Positions 1 to 14,232 of a stretch of DNA of 64,000 bases are shown piece after piece. The notes beneath the pieces were generated by a model, which ran no database searches, was not told the DNA's origin, and saw only the letters and a list, made by a program, of their open reading frames with translations. Position numbers and translations under genes: made by a program. Each line of letters starts with the position of its first letter. Position 1 is the first letter of the stretch. This DNA is from Octopus sinensis (Eukaryota), in contig NC_042998.1 of the NCBI RefSeq assembly GCF_006345805.1, positions 32,364,001 to 32,428,000 of the forward strand. The letters run 5' to 3'.

Positions 1-2092
1 TTAAGTCATAAATTAAGACTCCAGCTATGTTGCCCTCAACAATGAAGGAAATTGGTATTTGCCAAAAACAAAGGAAGAACAATGTCTAATTAAGGTACCT
101 TCAAATCAGCCATTAAATAACATCTGAAACTATAAACAAAAAGTCTGATAATTAAATTGTTTGAAAAGCATAAAGTAATGAATTCACATCAATCTAAAGA
201 ATTCTACCGAAATATATACAATATTTGTTTCAGTTGTATAGGTCAATGTACAGCGAAACTTATGACTAGTTCTCATCATGTCAACTTCATTAACCAAACT
301 CATTAATTACATACCACTGTACTTAATTAATTTTCTCTATTATTACAAAGCCTAAATCTAGATTGTATGAAAGTGTTTTCCTTCATTTTTGTGCATATAT
401 GTATCTTCTTGCAAAAGAACATGGTATTAATTATAAATTACAAGAACAAGATACCAAACGACAGAGAACATGCTTCATAAACTTTCAATGGAAGCATTTC
501 AAGGATTCCCTTAGATATTTCCTATGGGAAATTACTTTGGGCTTTTTGGCAATTAGCTGGTGTCACAAATTAGCTATCAATTATTTTACCTTTAAGTTTT
601 TCTTATCTTTGCAAGTAATTCACTGTGCAGCCTACGAATACAATGCTATTGCGATGCTAATTTTAGAGAGCAAAATCGATTCAGGAGCTGATTTGATATA
701 TTCTAATGAAAAAATTCTGCTGAAAGCTTGAGAGTTTTCTTTTGTCTATTTCATATATTTTAATGTAATTTTTTTTTTATGCATAACCTCTAATATTAGA
801 CTCAAAACATTAACACTAGAGGTCACCAAAGTATGTTAGCTGGAAAATATATTGTGCATAATGAAAATAGTGTCGAATACGGAAATTGCTAACTTTAAAA
901 CAATCTATTTTAGTATGCATCAAATAATAGGAATGCTACCCTCTAGTTTTACAACTTTTAGTAGAATTACTGAAGTCTAATGGGAAGTCATCCAAGAAGG
1001 CTACAGTTAATTATGATTCACACAATTCTAATCATGTGTATACTAATCACAATACTAATCATGAGTAATTTGAAATTGACTTTAAGTAATTTAGTTTAAT
1101 TCTAATATATGGTGTTAATTTTTTAGTTTCCCCAGGTTTAAAAAATTTTTCGAATTGGAACAATCTTTAAGCAACTTTTTAGCTGAGAATGGAATGATGT
1201 GTAAATGATATTAATGTATGTAAATGATATCAATGTATCTATGAATATAAACGTCCATTAGCACTACTATTATTAGCTATGAAAAACATGACGCCACTAA
1301 CTCATATTTAGGCACCATCGGAAGTATTCTAGTGACGATCCATAATGATAAGCATATATCCGACACGTTGAAATATTATAAGATTTGGATAACATATATT
1401 TTGTAATTAATGGAAATACAAGTGAATTTTATCTCAATATAATAGAATATAAAATTAAAACAACTTTTCCCCTTGTTCCCAGTAATGTTAATTGAATTTC
1501 GCTTGCACTTGATGGATGATAGCTGCAGCTAATTAGATTGCTAAACAACTAATAGCAACTTCTAAAAACATCATCAATAATGCAAGTATTGATTTCAGAG
1601 CTTAAAGCAAATAGCATTTGTACTGCTGGAAGAAAGTTGGAGTGCATAATTAAGAAATAAAAGATCATTTATCAAATGTATCAACTTACTGCTTCTAGGT
1701 AAAATTAGAGGAAAGCAGTTGTCTGTAGGTATTTACATATTGTAACACTGGCCGTTGAATAAATATAGCCTTTTACTTGATAGGGAAAAGAGATTAAGCA
1801 ACTAAAAGGCAAAAACATTAAAAAAAAAACTAAAAGGCAAAAACAGTTAAAAAAAAACAAACAAAAATTTTAAAATTTAAAAGAAATTCGGCAAAAGTTT
1901 AGTCCTCATTAGTTTTAATATCCCCAGTTTTAATTTATTTTTCATTTAGCTTCGCTTTGTTTGAAATTTATATTCGTTTTGTTCTTTTAATGGGATTTTT
2001 CTTCTGTGATACCTTAAATTTTTTTTTCCTCTGATATATTTTAGTTCATGAAGGTTGATGAATGCTAACGATCATGTATTCAATTTAACACT

Positions 2093-2306
2093 TTAACCAT
2101 TTCAGCATTCAAATTAGTCTGTCAAATGTAATGCTTATTTATTCACATTGTTTTGAATTAATCATGAATTATCTCGTAGCTTTGAGATTTCAACGATGTG
2201 ATTGTATATTTTTAGAATTGTATTGTAGGGTAAGTGTGAGAGGCCAGATCTAGCTGGTGTGAACAGAAAACAGACAGGTTTGGTCACTTTAAATTCTAAA
2301 GGTTAA
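2093..2306. mobile_element. TTAA-flanked MITE, family 2 (piggyBac-type), decayed
   Basis: TTAA at both ends with imperfect terminal inverted repeats; a reverse-complement copy lies at 43702-43926. Confidence 0.55.
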
Positions 2307-2371
2307 AGACATATTACATTTCTGTTCTGATTTCTTTTTTCAGATGATGTCTTCTCTCAGATATTTCACCA

Positions 2372-2790
2372 GGTGCAGGTGTGGCTGTGTGGTAAGTAGC
2401 TTGCTTACCAAACACATGGTTCCGGGTTCAGTCCCACTGTGTGGCACCTTGGGTGCATGTCTTCTACTATAGCCTCAGCCAACCAAAGCCTTAAAGCCTT
2501 GTGAGTGGATTTGGTAGATGGAAACTTAAAGAAGCCCGTTGTATATATGTATATATATATATGTATGTGTGTGTGTATGTTTGTGCGTCTGGGTTTGTCC
2601 CCCTACCATCACTTGTCAACCGATGACGGTGTATTTACGTCCCCGTAACCTAGCAGTTCGGCAAAAGAGACAGAATAGAATAAGTACTAGGTTTACAAAG
2701 AATAAGTCCTGGGGTCGATTTGCTTGACTAAAAGGCGGTGCTCCAGCACGGCCACAGTCAAATGACTGAAACAAGTAAAAGAGTAAAAGA
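2372..2790 (+). mobile_element. tRNA-derived SINE family A (CORE-like body, internal TA/TG microsatellite)
   Basis: A box TGGCTGTGTGG, B box GGTTCAGTCCC, CORE-like ccttggg(caagt) motif, 3' end gaaacaagtaaaagagtaaaaga; more than 10 copies in the window. Confidence 0.85.
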
Positions 2791-3282
2791 AAAAAGCGAA
2801 TATTTTCTCTCTTTTTCAAGATACAGAGATGGAAAGAATGAAACTATCAAAATCCTAATTCTTCAGTCGGCGGCAACGACTTGTAGTGGTAACACCTTGA
2901 ATAAAGCTGAAAGGATATGTTTTCAATCAATGGGTAAATATTTTTCAGTCGATTGATATATTTTAATAATTCATTTTAATCATGTATTTTAGTCGATTTT
3001 TATATACATTTTTCCGAACAGGTCCTTTTATATATTTTGGTGTTTTTATAAGTTTTTTTTTTACCTTCGGTGTTTATATATGTATTTCTGTCATATGTTG
3101 TAGGCCATGGTATTATTTGTGTATGACGTATAAAAGTGTGGGGTTATATAAAGTCATTGGCCCTAATTTGATGTTTGTTCTCAAATCAATGATTTTTGTC
3201 TCAGTTTCACTTCTGCACTTTTTTTTTGCCGTTTTACATATATTTTTCGTTTCCATAAAAATAAACGAAAATTATTTCTTCA

Positions 3283-3323
<41 letters not shown>

Positions 3324-3419
3324 AGATGGCACCAAAATAAGTTAAATGTTTTAAAAATCAATTTTGTTGATTTACATACAATTTAATTAAAATTATCGCA
3401 AATGAAACAGTTCTTTCGA

Positions 3420-3610
3420 TTACATTATTTACATTTGGCGGATATTTGTCCTCATCTTGTTTGTTGCTAACACAACGTTTCGGCTGATATAACCTCCAGC
3501 CTTCATCAGGTGTTTTGGGGAAATTTCGAACATGGGTTCTCATTCCTAAGGTATTTTTCGATGTTGTTGTTATTCTTCTTCTTCTTCTTCTCTTCTTCTT
3601 CTTCTTCTTC

Positions 3611-3662
<52 letters not shown>

Positions 3663-3821
3663 CATTATTATTATTATTATTATCATTATTATTATTATTA
3701 TTATTCAGGTCACTGCTTGGAATCGAACTTGGAATCTTGGGGCTAGTAGCCCACGCTCTTAAACACTGCACCATATCCCCACGGGCATATGGCGTAGTTC
3801 GATTCTAGGCAGTGACCTGAT

Positions 3822-3870
<49 letters not shown>

Positions 3871-4060
3871 TAATAATAATAACATCGAAAACTACCTTAG
3901 GAATGAGAACCTATGTTCGAAATTATCCCAAGACACCTGATGAAAGCTGGAGGGTGTATCAACCGAAACGTTGTGCTAACAACAAACAAGATGAGGACAA
4001 ATATCCGTCAAATGTAAATAATGTAAATAATGTACATAATTCCTCATCTCTTAAATATAG
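3420..4060. mobile_element. Palindromic tRNA-head/(AAT)n/hammerhead element, copy P1
   Basis: Inverted arms around the centre ccc-ac-ggg (~3781); HHR at 3469-3514 (-) and 3932-3977 (+); TSD aacagttc(t/c)ttcga at 3406-3419 and 4061-4074. Confidence 0.85.
3469..3514 (-). ncRNA. Minimal type I hammerhead ribozyme motif
   Basis: Minus strand reads AACAC-CUGAUGA-A-GGCUG..CAGCC-GAAA-CGUU-GUGUU; stem I is 5 bp and stem III is reduced to the palindrome AACGUU. Confidence 0.8.
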
Positions 4061-4600
4061 AACAGTTCCTTCGAATGTTCATACATCGTTTCCAAAAGTT
4101 TTGCCAGTTTCGTTAGAATGCGTTTTCTCAGGTAGTGTGCAGCTCTCCTGGGGAATTTTTGGTGTCATAAATCATGTGAAATGGGCAACGTTTCGGAGTT
4201 GGTTTGAACTCGAGGAAATCATAGTCTACAGGAACCAAACCTGCAGAGTAGAATGATCGTGAGATGAGATATAGTAAATGTTTTGCAAACTCTTCACAAA
4301 TAAAGTGAACCACGTTAGCACGTACGTTGTCGTGATGCAGTTTACAGGTGCTGCAGTTTACAGATGATGCAGTTTAGAGCTCCATGATCCAAGCCCCTTA
4401 TCAGTTCCTTAAAATGCCTATGGACAACCAGGTAGATCTTCGATCATTTGACCACACGGAACGAAGTTATATTGAATAGCTTCTTATCGGAAAGGTGAAC
4501 ATCGTTTTACCTTTTGGGCGGCTCGGGAGAGCAATATTTTGTTCGCATCATTGCAGATCCCACTCTTCAGGACAATCACTTTGTATGTAAACATACAAAA
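4061..4600 (-). pseudogene. Decayed mariner (DD34D) transposase remnant
   Basis: LHHDNVRAN...FYSAGLVPVD with 34 residues between the last two Asp; also YNFVPCGQMI and ENAF*RNWQNFWKRC; the C-terminus continues left of the P1 insertion. Confidence 0.7.
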
Positions 4601-4787
4601 AGATGAACACAGAATAAACAATATATTTATACACAAAAATGTTTTATGGTGATTCATACAAACTGTTTTTCCATTTAATAACACCCACTTGAACAGCCAA
4701 AGACAGCCACTATACACTGTTCCGCTTCTGTTCCACTGTTACCAAATACAGCAGAAAAAGAAAAAGGTGCATCTTTAATTTTCCATA

Positions 4788-5006
4788 AAGACTTTTTTTT
4801 ATACCCATCCCCATTAAGTTATTTTTTTAATATTACACACGATGGAAAATTGATTTCTTACCATTTCTTATAACAATAATGATGGGCCATAAAAATTCAG
4901 AATTTCTATTACAAGAACTTCATTTCTGTATTATGTAATATTATGTAATATTACCATGGGTAATATTTTAAAAAAAATTATGGAGTGGGTACAAAAGGAA
5001 GTCTTC
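4788..5006. mobile_element. Decayed MITE-like inverted repeat
   Basis: ~45 bp imperfect inverted arms at 4788-4836 and 4960-5006. Confidence 0.4.
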
Positions 5007-5242
5007 CCAATTTTTCTTTTACAATAATGTGACAGAAACGTTTAAAGATACCCATTTCTTCAGAAACTTCATTAACCCTTAAATGATTTTCAATGATGAT
5101 AGCATGTTCTATGGTATGTGGATATTATTTGTTATCCTAGGAGATCGTCCAGATTTGGCATCGTCTTTGGTGGTTGATTTAAAACACTGACTGCCACCAG
5201 TTTTAACATTACGTAAAGCCCAAACAATTTTCACCATATGTC

Positions 5243-5380
5243 TTTTCTGTGTCCCTTTCTGTAGAAGAGCGTAGGCTCGAAACGTAAAAGACTGTCAATT
5301 CCTGAGTGTTATACTAATACATATGTTTGGTTTGTACACCACCTTTCTTCGTCTTTGTTTATTTCGTGAACTCTCCCCCC
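5243..5380 (+). mobile_element. Short PLE-type element beside (TA)n, carrying a U6-variant minimal hammerhead
   Basis: 5255-5290 reads cttt-CTGTAGA-a-gagc(gtag)gctc-GAAA-cgta-aaag; homologues at ~7090, 9735, 11590, 14230, 22895 and 54333. Confidence 0.7.
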
Positions 5381-5455
<75 letters not shown>

Positions 5456-5648
5456 TATGTATGTATGTATGTATGTATGATATAGGTATTCGAAAGGTAT
5501 CCGTAAACTCCCACCCACCAATTTGAAGCAGAATTTCACACAAAAACATTGCCCTTCTAAATCCTACGATGTTCAATTTACGACAAATCACCAGGGGCAC
5601 TAAATAAATACATACATACATACATACATACATACATACATACATACA

Positions 5649-5682
<34 letters not shown>

Positions 5683-5784
5683 ACTGCCAGTAAGTTCTGC
5701 ATTTGCGCGGAGGATTCGAAAAATGAGAGCGTATAGGACACGTGGCTATTTACCGCTCTGTATCTATATGTTCGGTCCTGGCAA

Positions 5785-5871
5785 CCTACTGAAGAAGCAG
5801 CGCCAGATATAGATTGAAATAATTTTATTTCAATCTGTATTTAAGTCTGCAGAAACCTTGCAGGGTCTAGG
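5785..5871 (+). ncRNA. Type I hammerhead motif with extended stem II, in a PLE-like element (~5481-6018)
   Basis: ccta-CTGAAGA-a-gcag-[long hairpin]-ctgc-a-GAAA-ccttgcagg-GTC-tagg. Confidence 0.75.
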
Positions 5872-6017
5872 ATAATTAAGGTAAAAGTTTATATTTTTCA
5901 ATCACTTTCGGAATTATAGCAGTTAGTGGCTTAGAGTTTAACTGCTCTTTCTAGTGAGTCAGATATCCTATTTTTGGGGTATCTCTTATGTGTTCGAATA
6001 TACACTGTATTCTTCTT

Positions 6018-6074
<57 letters not shown>

Positions 6075-6306
6075 AGGGTAAAATTAATTAATTAATTAGT
6101 AATTAATAATTTTACCAAACAGTGTTCAGTATGTTAAAAGGACCATTTACGGTAAATTTAAACATTACTTTATATAATTAGGGTTCAGCAAAAAAATTTG
6201 CTTTGCCACATACCGAAATTTTAGAAATAGCAACCAAAGAATTTAGATATTTCTTCTACTGAGATTCTTCTTATAGTAGAAGAAATAGCTTATATATATA
6301 TATATT

Positions 6307-6426
<120 letters not shown>

Positions 6427-6430
6427 TTCG

Positions 6431-6537
6431 TAGAACATGTAGGATGATGTAGGACATGTAGAACATGTAGGATGATGTAGGACATGTAGAACATGTAGGA
6501 TGATGTAGGACATGGTGTAGAACATGTAGGATGATGA
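6431..6537. repeat. ~28 bp minisatellite (duplicated at ~10950-11038)
   Basis: About four units of tagaacatgtaggatgatgtaggacatg. Confidence 0.85.
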
Positions 6538-6863
6538 GTAAATGATCTGGAGGTGATGTTTTCTAGTAGATTGTAGGTCAAGTTTACCTCCATGTCGTAG
6601 TACAGTTGCAAGGATGATGAATTGGCACTGGGGCGCCATATTCAAAATTCGGTTTCTTTTGGAACAGATTTTGAGTGGGCGGGTGAGGAAAAGAAAAATT
6701 CGTGCTGTAGTAATTTTTAGTATTCAATCTGAAGAGTCTTTTTCAATACAATATGTCAGAAAACGAGAAACAGACAGAGATTAAGCAGTGGCTCTAAAAA
6801 CAGAGCTGAAATTACGTAAACCAAAATGAAGCGTTAGAGATTCCTGCCAGTTTGTAGTACTCT

Positions 6864-7269
6864 CTTTTACTCCTTTACTCTTTTTACTCTTTTACTTGTT
6901 TCAGTCATTTGACTGCGGCCATGCTGGAACACCGCCTTTAGTCGAGCAAATCGACCCCGGAACTTATTCCTTGTAAGCCCAGTACTTATTCTATCAGTCT
7001 CTTTTTGCCGAACCGCTAAGTAAACACACCAGCATCGGTTGTCAAGCAATGCTAGGGGGACAAACACAGACACACACATACATATATATTTTTTTTTCTC
7101 TCCTTCTTTCTGTGTTTTTTTTCTCTCTGTGTATCTTTCTGTTGAAGAGTGTAGGTTCGAAACGTTAAAGACTTGTTTTATTTATATTTCCTGAGCGCCA
7201 TACTAATACAATTGTTCGTTTGTTTTCCACCTGCCTTCGTCTTTTGTCTATCTTCATAAAGCTTCCCGT

Positions 7270-7307
<38 letters not shown>

Positions 7308-7466
7308 GACAGGCTTCTTTCAGTTCCCGTCTAACAAATCCACTCACAAGGCATTGGTCGGCCCGGGGCTATAGCAGAAGACACTTGCCCAAGATGCCAC
7401 GCAGTGGGACTGAACCCGGAACCATGTGGTTGGTTAGCAAGCTACTTACCACACAGCCACTCCTGC
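6864..7466 (-). mobile_element. SINE family A, interrupted by a U6-HHR element (~7090-7271); duplicate at 11364-11947
   Basis: Reverse complement of 2372-2790; the insert sits in its TA microsatellite; HHR at 7135-7170 has core CTGTTGA. Confidence 0.85.
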
Positions 7467-8094
7467 GAGCGTTTTTTTTTTGTCCACAATTCCAATTTAA
7501 GTGGAACACAGAACTAACAAGCACAGTTTATAGCTTAGTAAGAAGACTCAACATTCATTAACATTCACGACAGATTAATAACAATTTCTCTGACACGTTA
7601 ATAGCAATCAGCCAACTATATCCTTGAAAATTCAATCTTACTGTCATATCGTCCAGACGTAATATGGTTTTAGAATTGGCTTATGAGACCAATTTGTGGT
7701 TGTAAAACCATCAAATTATTATCATGCACCAACTCAAATAGAAATTTGAATGCAATATAAATGCAATTTTCGATATAATTTTCTTTTGCTTTGTTTTTTA
7801 TGATAATTTGGGCTGAGGAAAAATATTTCGAATAATTGTGAAATACAATGACGCATAAATATGAATTCTTTTAGACCGAAGGAGGTTAAACTAGAGAAGA
7901 AGGTGACCTTATGTTAGGAGATGAGAAGTTTAAGTGCGAGAGAAGGGAGGAACAGGAAAAGCTTTTTTGTTGTAGAAAAATATTATTCCTATAATTCGAG
8001 CAGAAGTGAGAGGAGTGAAACGGCAAAGAGATGGAAATACAGGGTTTTCAAAAAGTTTCTCCTAAGCGAATTTTTTTTTCATCCTGCGCATCAC

Positions 8095-8250
8095 CATGGC
8101 GCTACTTCAAGAGTTTTTCGGTGAACGGATTATTTGGAAGGGACATTGGCCATCAAGATCGCCTGATTTAACACCACCAGACTTTTTTTCTGGGGAGCAA
8201 GCAAAGGAGCAGTTTACGAGAATCGCCCGAAAACCATTAAATACTTATTG
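8095..8250 (+). pseudogene. Tc1/mariner-superfamily transposase C-terminal fragment (duplicate ~12577-12730)
   Basis: Translates as ALLQEFFGERIIWKGHWPSRSPDLTPPDFF.WGASKGAVYENRPKTI, the WPxRSPDLxPxDF motif. Confidence 0.8.
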
Positions 8251-8529
8251 CGGAGAGACGTTTTGAACAGCCTGTACTGGTGATGTGATGTCAGGATGTG
8301 TTCTTCAGATGCGAGGTGAGCAGAAGTGGAGCCTGAAGAACAGCGTAACTGAGCAAGGGTTGCTACAATAGTGTATGGCAGAGTGAGACATGGCTAGTAA
8401 CAAGGAATGAGCGAGAACAAGCGTTGAGGGATAAATAGGGAAGAATAGGTGAAAACTGTAAAAATTGGGCTGGTTGAGAGGTGACCAATGATGCATATGT
8501 AAGGGAGAATTTAATGAAAAGGAGATGTA

Positions 8530-8938
8530 CCTATTTCTTTACTACCCACAAGGAGCTTCACACAGAGGGGACAAACAAGGACAGACAAACGGATAAGTCG
8601 ATTACATCGACCAGTGAGTAACTGGTACTTAATTATCGACCTCGAAAGGAGATGAAAGGAAGTCGACCATGGCGGAATTGAACCAGAAACGTAACGGCAG
8701 ATGAAATACGTATTTCTTTATTACCCACAAGGGGCTAAACACAGAGAGAACAAACAAGGACAGACAAACGGATTAAGTCGATTACATCGACCCCAGTGAG
8801 TAACTGGTACTTAATTTATCGACCCCGAAAAAATGAAAGGAAAGTCGACCTTGGCGGAATTTGAACTCAGAACGTACGGCAGATGAAATACGGCTACGCA
8901 TTTCGCCCGGCGTGCTAACGTTTCTGCCAGCTCGCCGC
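8530..8938 (-). mobile_element. SINE family B (tRNA-like head, Meta-like domain), tandem dimer; duplicate 13008-13423
   Basis: Head ggcggcgagctggcagaaacgttagc, B box gagttcaaattcc, body ctttcatcctttcggggtcgataaattaagtaccag resembling the MetaSINE domain. Confidence 0.8.
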
Positions 8939-9672
8939 CCTAGGAAGATTGTACGTACGGTGCCTTTTCTGAAAACAAACCCAAACTGCTTCTCAACTCT
9001 GTCCACTCTGTTATGTATCGATGCTGCTCTTATTCGCTCCGTAAACTTCATAACTTGGTCAAATAGTTCGGTTCCTCTGTAGTTTGTGTAAATGTGTATA
9101 ATGTATGTGTATAGTGTTACACTTTCGTGGTATTAGCCAAGGATAGACATCAGCTTGAATAGCTATAAACTCGCCGTTTTCGTTTTGACGAGATCATCTG
9201 TGATAGTTTTTCTGCACCATGTTTTGCGGATTTTCCACCCTTTACCTCTGTCATCATCGGAAGTGATGCGAAACTGATGAGTTCATCCAGGACTTATTCC
9301 CCAGTGCACCAATCCTCTCGAATAGCTTCGCAAAAATATTCAAGGTAGACATCAAATGTGCTAACCCTCTTTCTCATTGAGAATACACGTTGCCTTCTTG
9401 GATAACCAGAAACTAACCTGGTGGGAGCCTGTAACCAATACCATTATTGTTAAATAATTCTAATACTGTATGTATGTATGTACGTACGTATGTACGTGTG
9501 TATGTATGTATGTATGTATGTATGTATGTATGTATGTATTATAAGAAGCTCACTTCCTACGCACATGGTTCCGAGTTCAGTTCGACTGCATGGCACCTTG
9601 GGTAAGTATTTTTTACAACCTCGGGCCCACCAAAGCCTTGTGAGTGGATTTGGTAAACGGAAACTGAGACCT

Positions 9673-9737
<65 letters not shown>

Positions 9738-9912
9738 GTTAGCCATTACATTCATTTTTTTCTCTCCTTGTTTTTTCTGTGTCCCTTTCTGTAGAAGAGC
9801 GTAGGCTCGAAACGTAAAAGACTGTCAATTCCCGGAGTGTTATACTAATACATATGTGTTTGCTTTGTACACCACCTTCTTCGTCTTGTTTATTTCGTGA
9901 ACTCTCCCCCCC

Positions 9913-9958
<46 letters not shown>

Positions 9959-9973
9959 AAAATATATTTATAC

Positions 9974-10015
<42 letters not shown>

Positions 10016-10189
10016 TATGTATGTATATAGGTATTCGAAAGGTATCCGTAAACTCCCACCCACCAATTTGAAGCAGAATTTCACACAAATACGTTGCCCT
10101 TCTAAATCCTACGATGTTCAATTTACGACAAATCACCAGGGGCACTAAATAAATACATACATACATACATACATACATACATACATACA

Positions 10190-10223
<34 letters not shown>

Positions 10224-10325
10224 ACTGCCAGTAAGTTCTGCATTTGCGCGGAGGATTCGAAAAATGAGAGCGTATAGGACACGTGGCTATTTACCGCTCT
10301 GTATCTATATGTTCGGTCCTGGCAA

Positions 10326-10412
10326 CCTACGGAAGAAGCAGCGCCAGATATAGATTGAAATAATTTTATTTCAATCTGTATTTAAATCTGCAGAAACCTT
10401 GCAGGGTCTAGG
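10326..10412 (+). ncRNA. Duplicate of the long-stem-II hammerhead; core reads CGGAAGA
   Basis: Same fold as 5785-5871 with a U4G change (mutation or sequencing error). Confidence 0.55.
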
Positions 10413-10565
10413 ATAATTAAGGTAAAAGTTTATATTTTTCAATCACTTTCGGAATTATAGCAGTTAGTGGCTTAGAGTTTAACTGCTCTTTCTAGTGAGT
10501 CAGATATCCTATTTTTGGGGTATCTCTTATGTGTTCGAATATTACACTGTATTTTCTTTGTTTAT

Positions 10566-10636
<71 letters not shown>

Positions 10637-10878
10637 TAATAAGGGTAAAATTAATTAATTAATTAGTAATTAATAATTTTACCAAACAGTGTTCAGTATG
10701 TTAAAAGGACCATTTACGGTAAATTTAAACATTAGTTTATATAATTACGGTTCAGCAAAAAAATTTGCTTTGCCACATACCGAAATTTTAGAAATAGCAA
10801 CCAAAGAATTTAGATATTTCTTCTACTGAGATTCTTCTTATAGTAGAAGAAAAATAGCTTATATATATATATATATAT

Positions 10879-10936
<58 letters not shown>

Positions 10937-13900
10937 TATATATACTTCGTAGAACATGTAGGATGATGTAGGACATGTAGAACTGTAGGATGATGTAGGA
11001 CATGATGTAGGACATGATGTAGAACATGTAGGATGATGAGTAAATGATCTGGAGGTGATGTTTTCTAGTAGATTGTAGGTCAAGTTTACCTCCATGTCGT
11101 AGTACAGTTGCAAGGATGATGAATTGGCACTGGGGCGCCATATTCAAAATTCGGTTTCTTTTGGAACAGATTTTGAGTGGGCGGTGAGGAAAAAAAAATT
11201 CGTGCTGTAGTAAATTTTAGTATTCAATCTGAAGAGTCTTTTTCAATACAATATGTCAGAAAACGAGAAACAGACAGAGATTAAGCAGTGGCTCTAAAAA
11301 CAGAGCTGAAATTACGTAAACCAAAATGAAGCGTTAGAGATTCCTGCCAGTTTGTAGTACTCTCTTTTACTCCTTTACTCTTTTTACTCTTTTACTTGTT
11401 TCAGTCATTGACTGCGGCCATGCTGGAACACCGCCTTTAGTCGAGCAAATCGACCCCGGAACTTATCCTTGTAAGCCCAGTACTTATTCTATCAGTCTCT
11501 TTTGCCGAACCGCTAAGTAAACACACCAGCATCGGTGGTCAAAGCAATGCTAGGGGGACAAAACACAGACACACATACATATATATTTTTTTCTCCTCCT
11601 TCTTTCTGTGTTTTTTTCTCTCTGTGTATCTTTCTGTTGAAGAGTGTGGTGTCGAAACGTTAAGACTTGTTTTATTTATATTTCCTGAGCGCCATACTAA
11701 TACAATGTTCGTTTGTTTTCCACCTGCCTTCGTCTTTTGTCTATCTTCATAAAGCTTCCCGTTATAGAATATATATATATATATATATACGACAGGCTTC
11801 TTTCAGTTCCGTCTAACAAATCCACTCAAAAGGCATTGGTCGGCCCGGGGCTATAGCAGAAGACACTTGCCAAGATGCCACGCAGTGGGGACTGACCCGG
11901 AACCATGTGGTTGGTTAGCAAGCTACTTACCACACAACCACTCCTGCGAGCGTTTTTTTTTTTTTGTCCACAATTCCAATTTAAGTGGAACACAGAACTA
12001 ACAAGCACAGTTTATAGCTTAGTAAGAAGACTCAACATTCATTAACATTTTCACGACAGATTAATAACAATTTCTCTGACACGTTAATAGCAATCAGCCA
12101 ACTATATCCTTGAAAATTCAATCTTACTGTTCATATCGTCCAGACGTAATATGGTTTTAGAATTGGCTTATGAGACCAATTTGTGGTTGTAAAACCATCA
12201 AATTATTATCATGCACCAACTCAAATAGAAATTGAATGCAATATAAATGCAATTTTCGATATAATTTTCTTTTGCTTGGTTTTTATGATAATTTGGGCTG
12301 AGGAAAAATATTTCGAATAATTGTGAAATACAATGACGCATAAATATGAATTCTTTTAGACCGAAGGAGGTTAAACTAGAGAAGAGGTGACCTTATGTTA
12401 GGAGATGAGAAGTTTAAGTGCGAGAGAAGGGAGGAACAGGAAAAGCTTTTTGTTGTAGAAAAATATTATTCCTATAATCGAGCAGAAGTGAGAGGAGTGA
12501 AAGTGGCAAAGAGATGGAAATACAGGGTTTTCAAAAAGTTTCTCCTTAAGCGATTTTTTTTTCATCCTGCGCATCACATGGCGCTACTTCAAGCGTTTTC
12601 GGTGTGAACGGATTATTGGAAGGGACATTGGCCATCAGATCGCCTGATTTAACACCACCAGACTTTTTTTCTGGGGAGCAAGCAAAGGAGCAGTTTACGA
12701 GAATCGCCCGAAAACCATTAAATACTTATTGCGGAGAGACGTTGTTGAAAGCCTGTATGGTGATGTGATGTCAGGATGTGTTCTTCAGATGCGAGGTGAG
12801 CAGAAGTGGAGCCTGAAGAACAGCGTAATGAGCAAGGGTTGCTACAATAGTGTATGGCAGAGTGAGACATGGCTAGTAACAAGGAATGAGCGAGAACAAG
12901 CGTTGAGGGATAAATAGGGAAGAATAGGTGAAAACTGTAAAAATTGGGCTGGTTGAGAGGTGACCAATGATGCATATGTAAGGGAGAATTTAATGAAAAG
13001 GAGATGTACCTATTTCTTTACTACCCACAAGGGGCTTCACACAGAGGGGACAAACAAGGACAGACAAACGGATTAAGTCGATTACATCGACCCCAGTGAG
13101 TAACTGGTACTTAATTTATCGACCTCGAAAGGATGAAAGGAAAGTCGACCATGGCGGAATTTGAACTCAGAACGTAACGGCAGATGAAATACGTATTTCT
13201 TTATTACCCACAAGGGGCTAAACACAGAGAGAACAAACAAGGACAGACAAACGGATTAAGTCGATTACATCGACCCCAGTGAGTAACTGGTACTTAATTT
13301 ATTCGACCCCCGAAAAAAAATGAAAGGAAAGTCGACCTTGGCGGAATTTGAACCAGAACGTACGGCAGATGAATACGGCTACGCATTTCGCCCGGCGTGC
13401 TAACGTTTCTGCCAGCTCGCCGCCCTAGGAAGATTGTACGTACGGTGCCTTTTCTGAAAACAAACCCAAACTGCTTCTCAACTCTGTCCACTCTGTTATG
13501 TATCGATGCTGCTCTTATTCGCTCCGTAAACTTCATAACTTGGTCAAATAGTTCGGTTCCTCTGTAGTTTGTGTAAATGTGTATAATGTATGTGTATAGT
13601 GTTACACTTTCGTGTATTAGCCAAGGATAGACATCAGCTTGAATAGCTATAAACTCGCCGTTTTTGACGAGATCACTTGTGATAGTTTTTCTGCACCATG
13701 TTTTGCGGATTTTCCACCCTTTACCTCTGTCATCATCGGAAGTGATGCGAAACTGATGAGTTCATCCAGGACTTATTCCCCACTGCACCAATCCTCTCGA
13801 ATAGCTTCGCAAAAATATTCAAGGTAGACATCAAATGTGCTAACCCTCTTTCTCATTGAGAATACACGTTGCCTTCTTGGATAACCAGAAACTAACCTGG

Positions 13901-14198
13901 TGGGAGCCTGTAACCAATACCATTATTGTTAAATAATTCTAATACTGTATGTATGTATGTACGTACGTATGTACGTGTGTATGTATGTATGTATGTATGT
14001 ATGTAGTATGTATGTCTGTATTATAAGAAGCTCACTTCCTACGCACATGGTTCCGAGTTCAGTTCGCTGCATTGCACCCTTGGGTAAGTAGTTTTTACAA
14101 CCTCGGGCCCACCAAAGCCTTGTGAGTGGATTTGGTAAACGGAAACTGAGACCTCAGCCATATTATATATATATATATATATCTATATATATATAGAA

Positions 14199-14232
<34 letters not shown>

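Noticed and set aside
363-731. 122 aa ORF as a host gene
   Set aside because: No recognisable domain, non-ATG start, AT-rich composition, no supporting exon structure.
8250-8500. RTE reverse transcriptase remnant (SETWLVT)
   Set aside because: A single short motif, too degraded to call.
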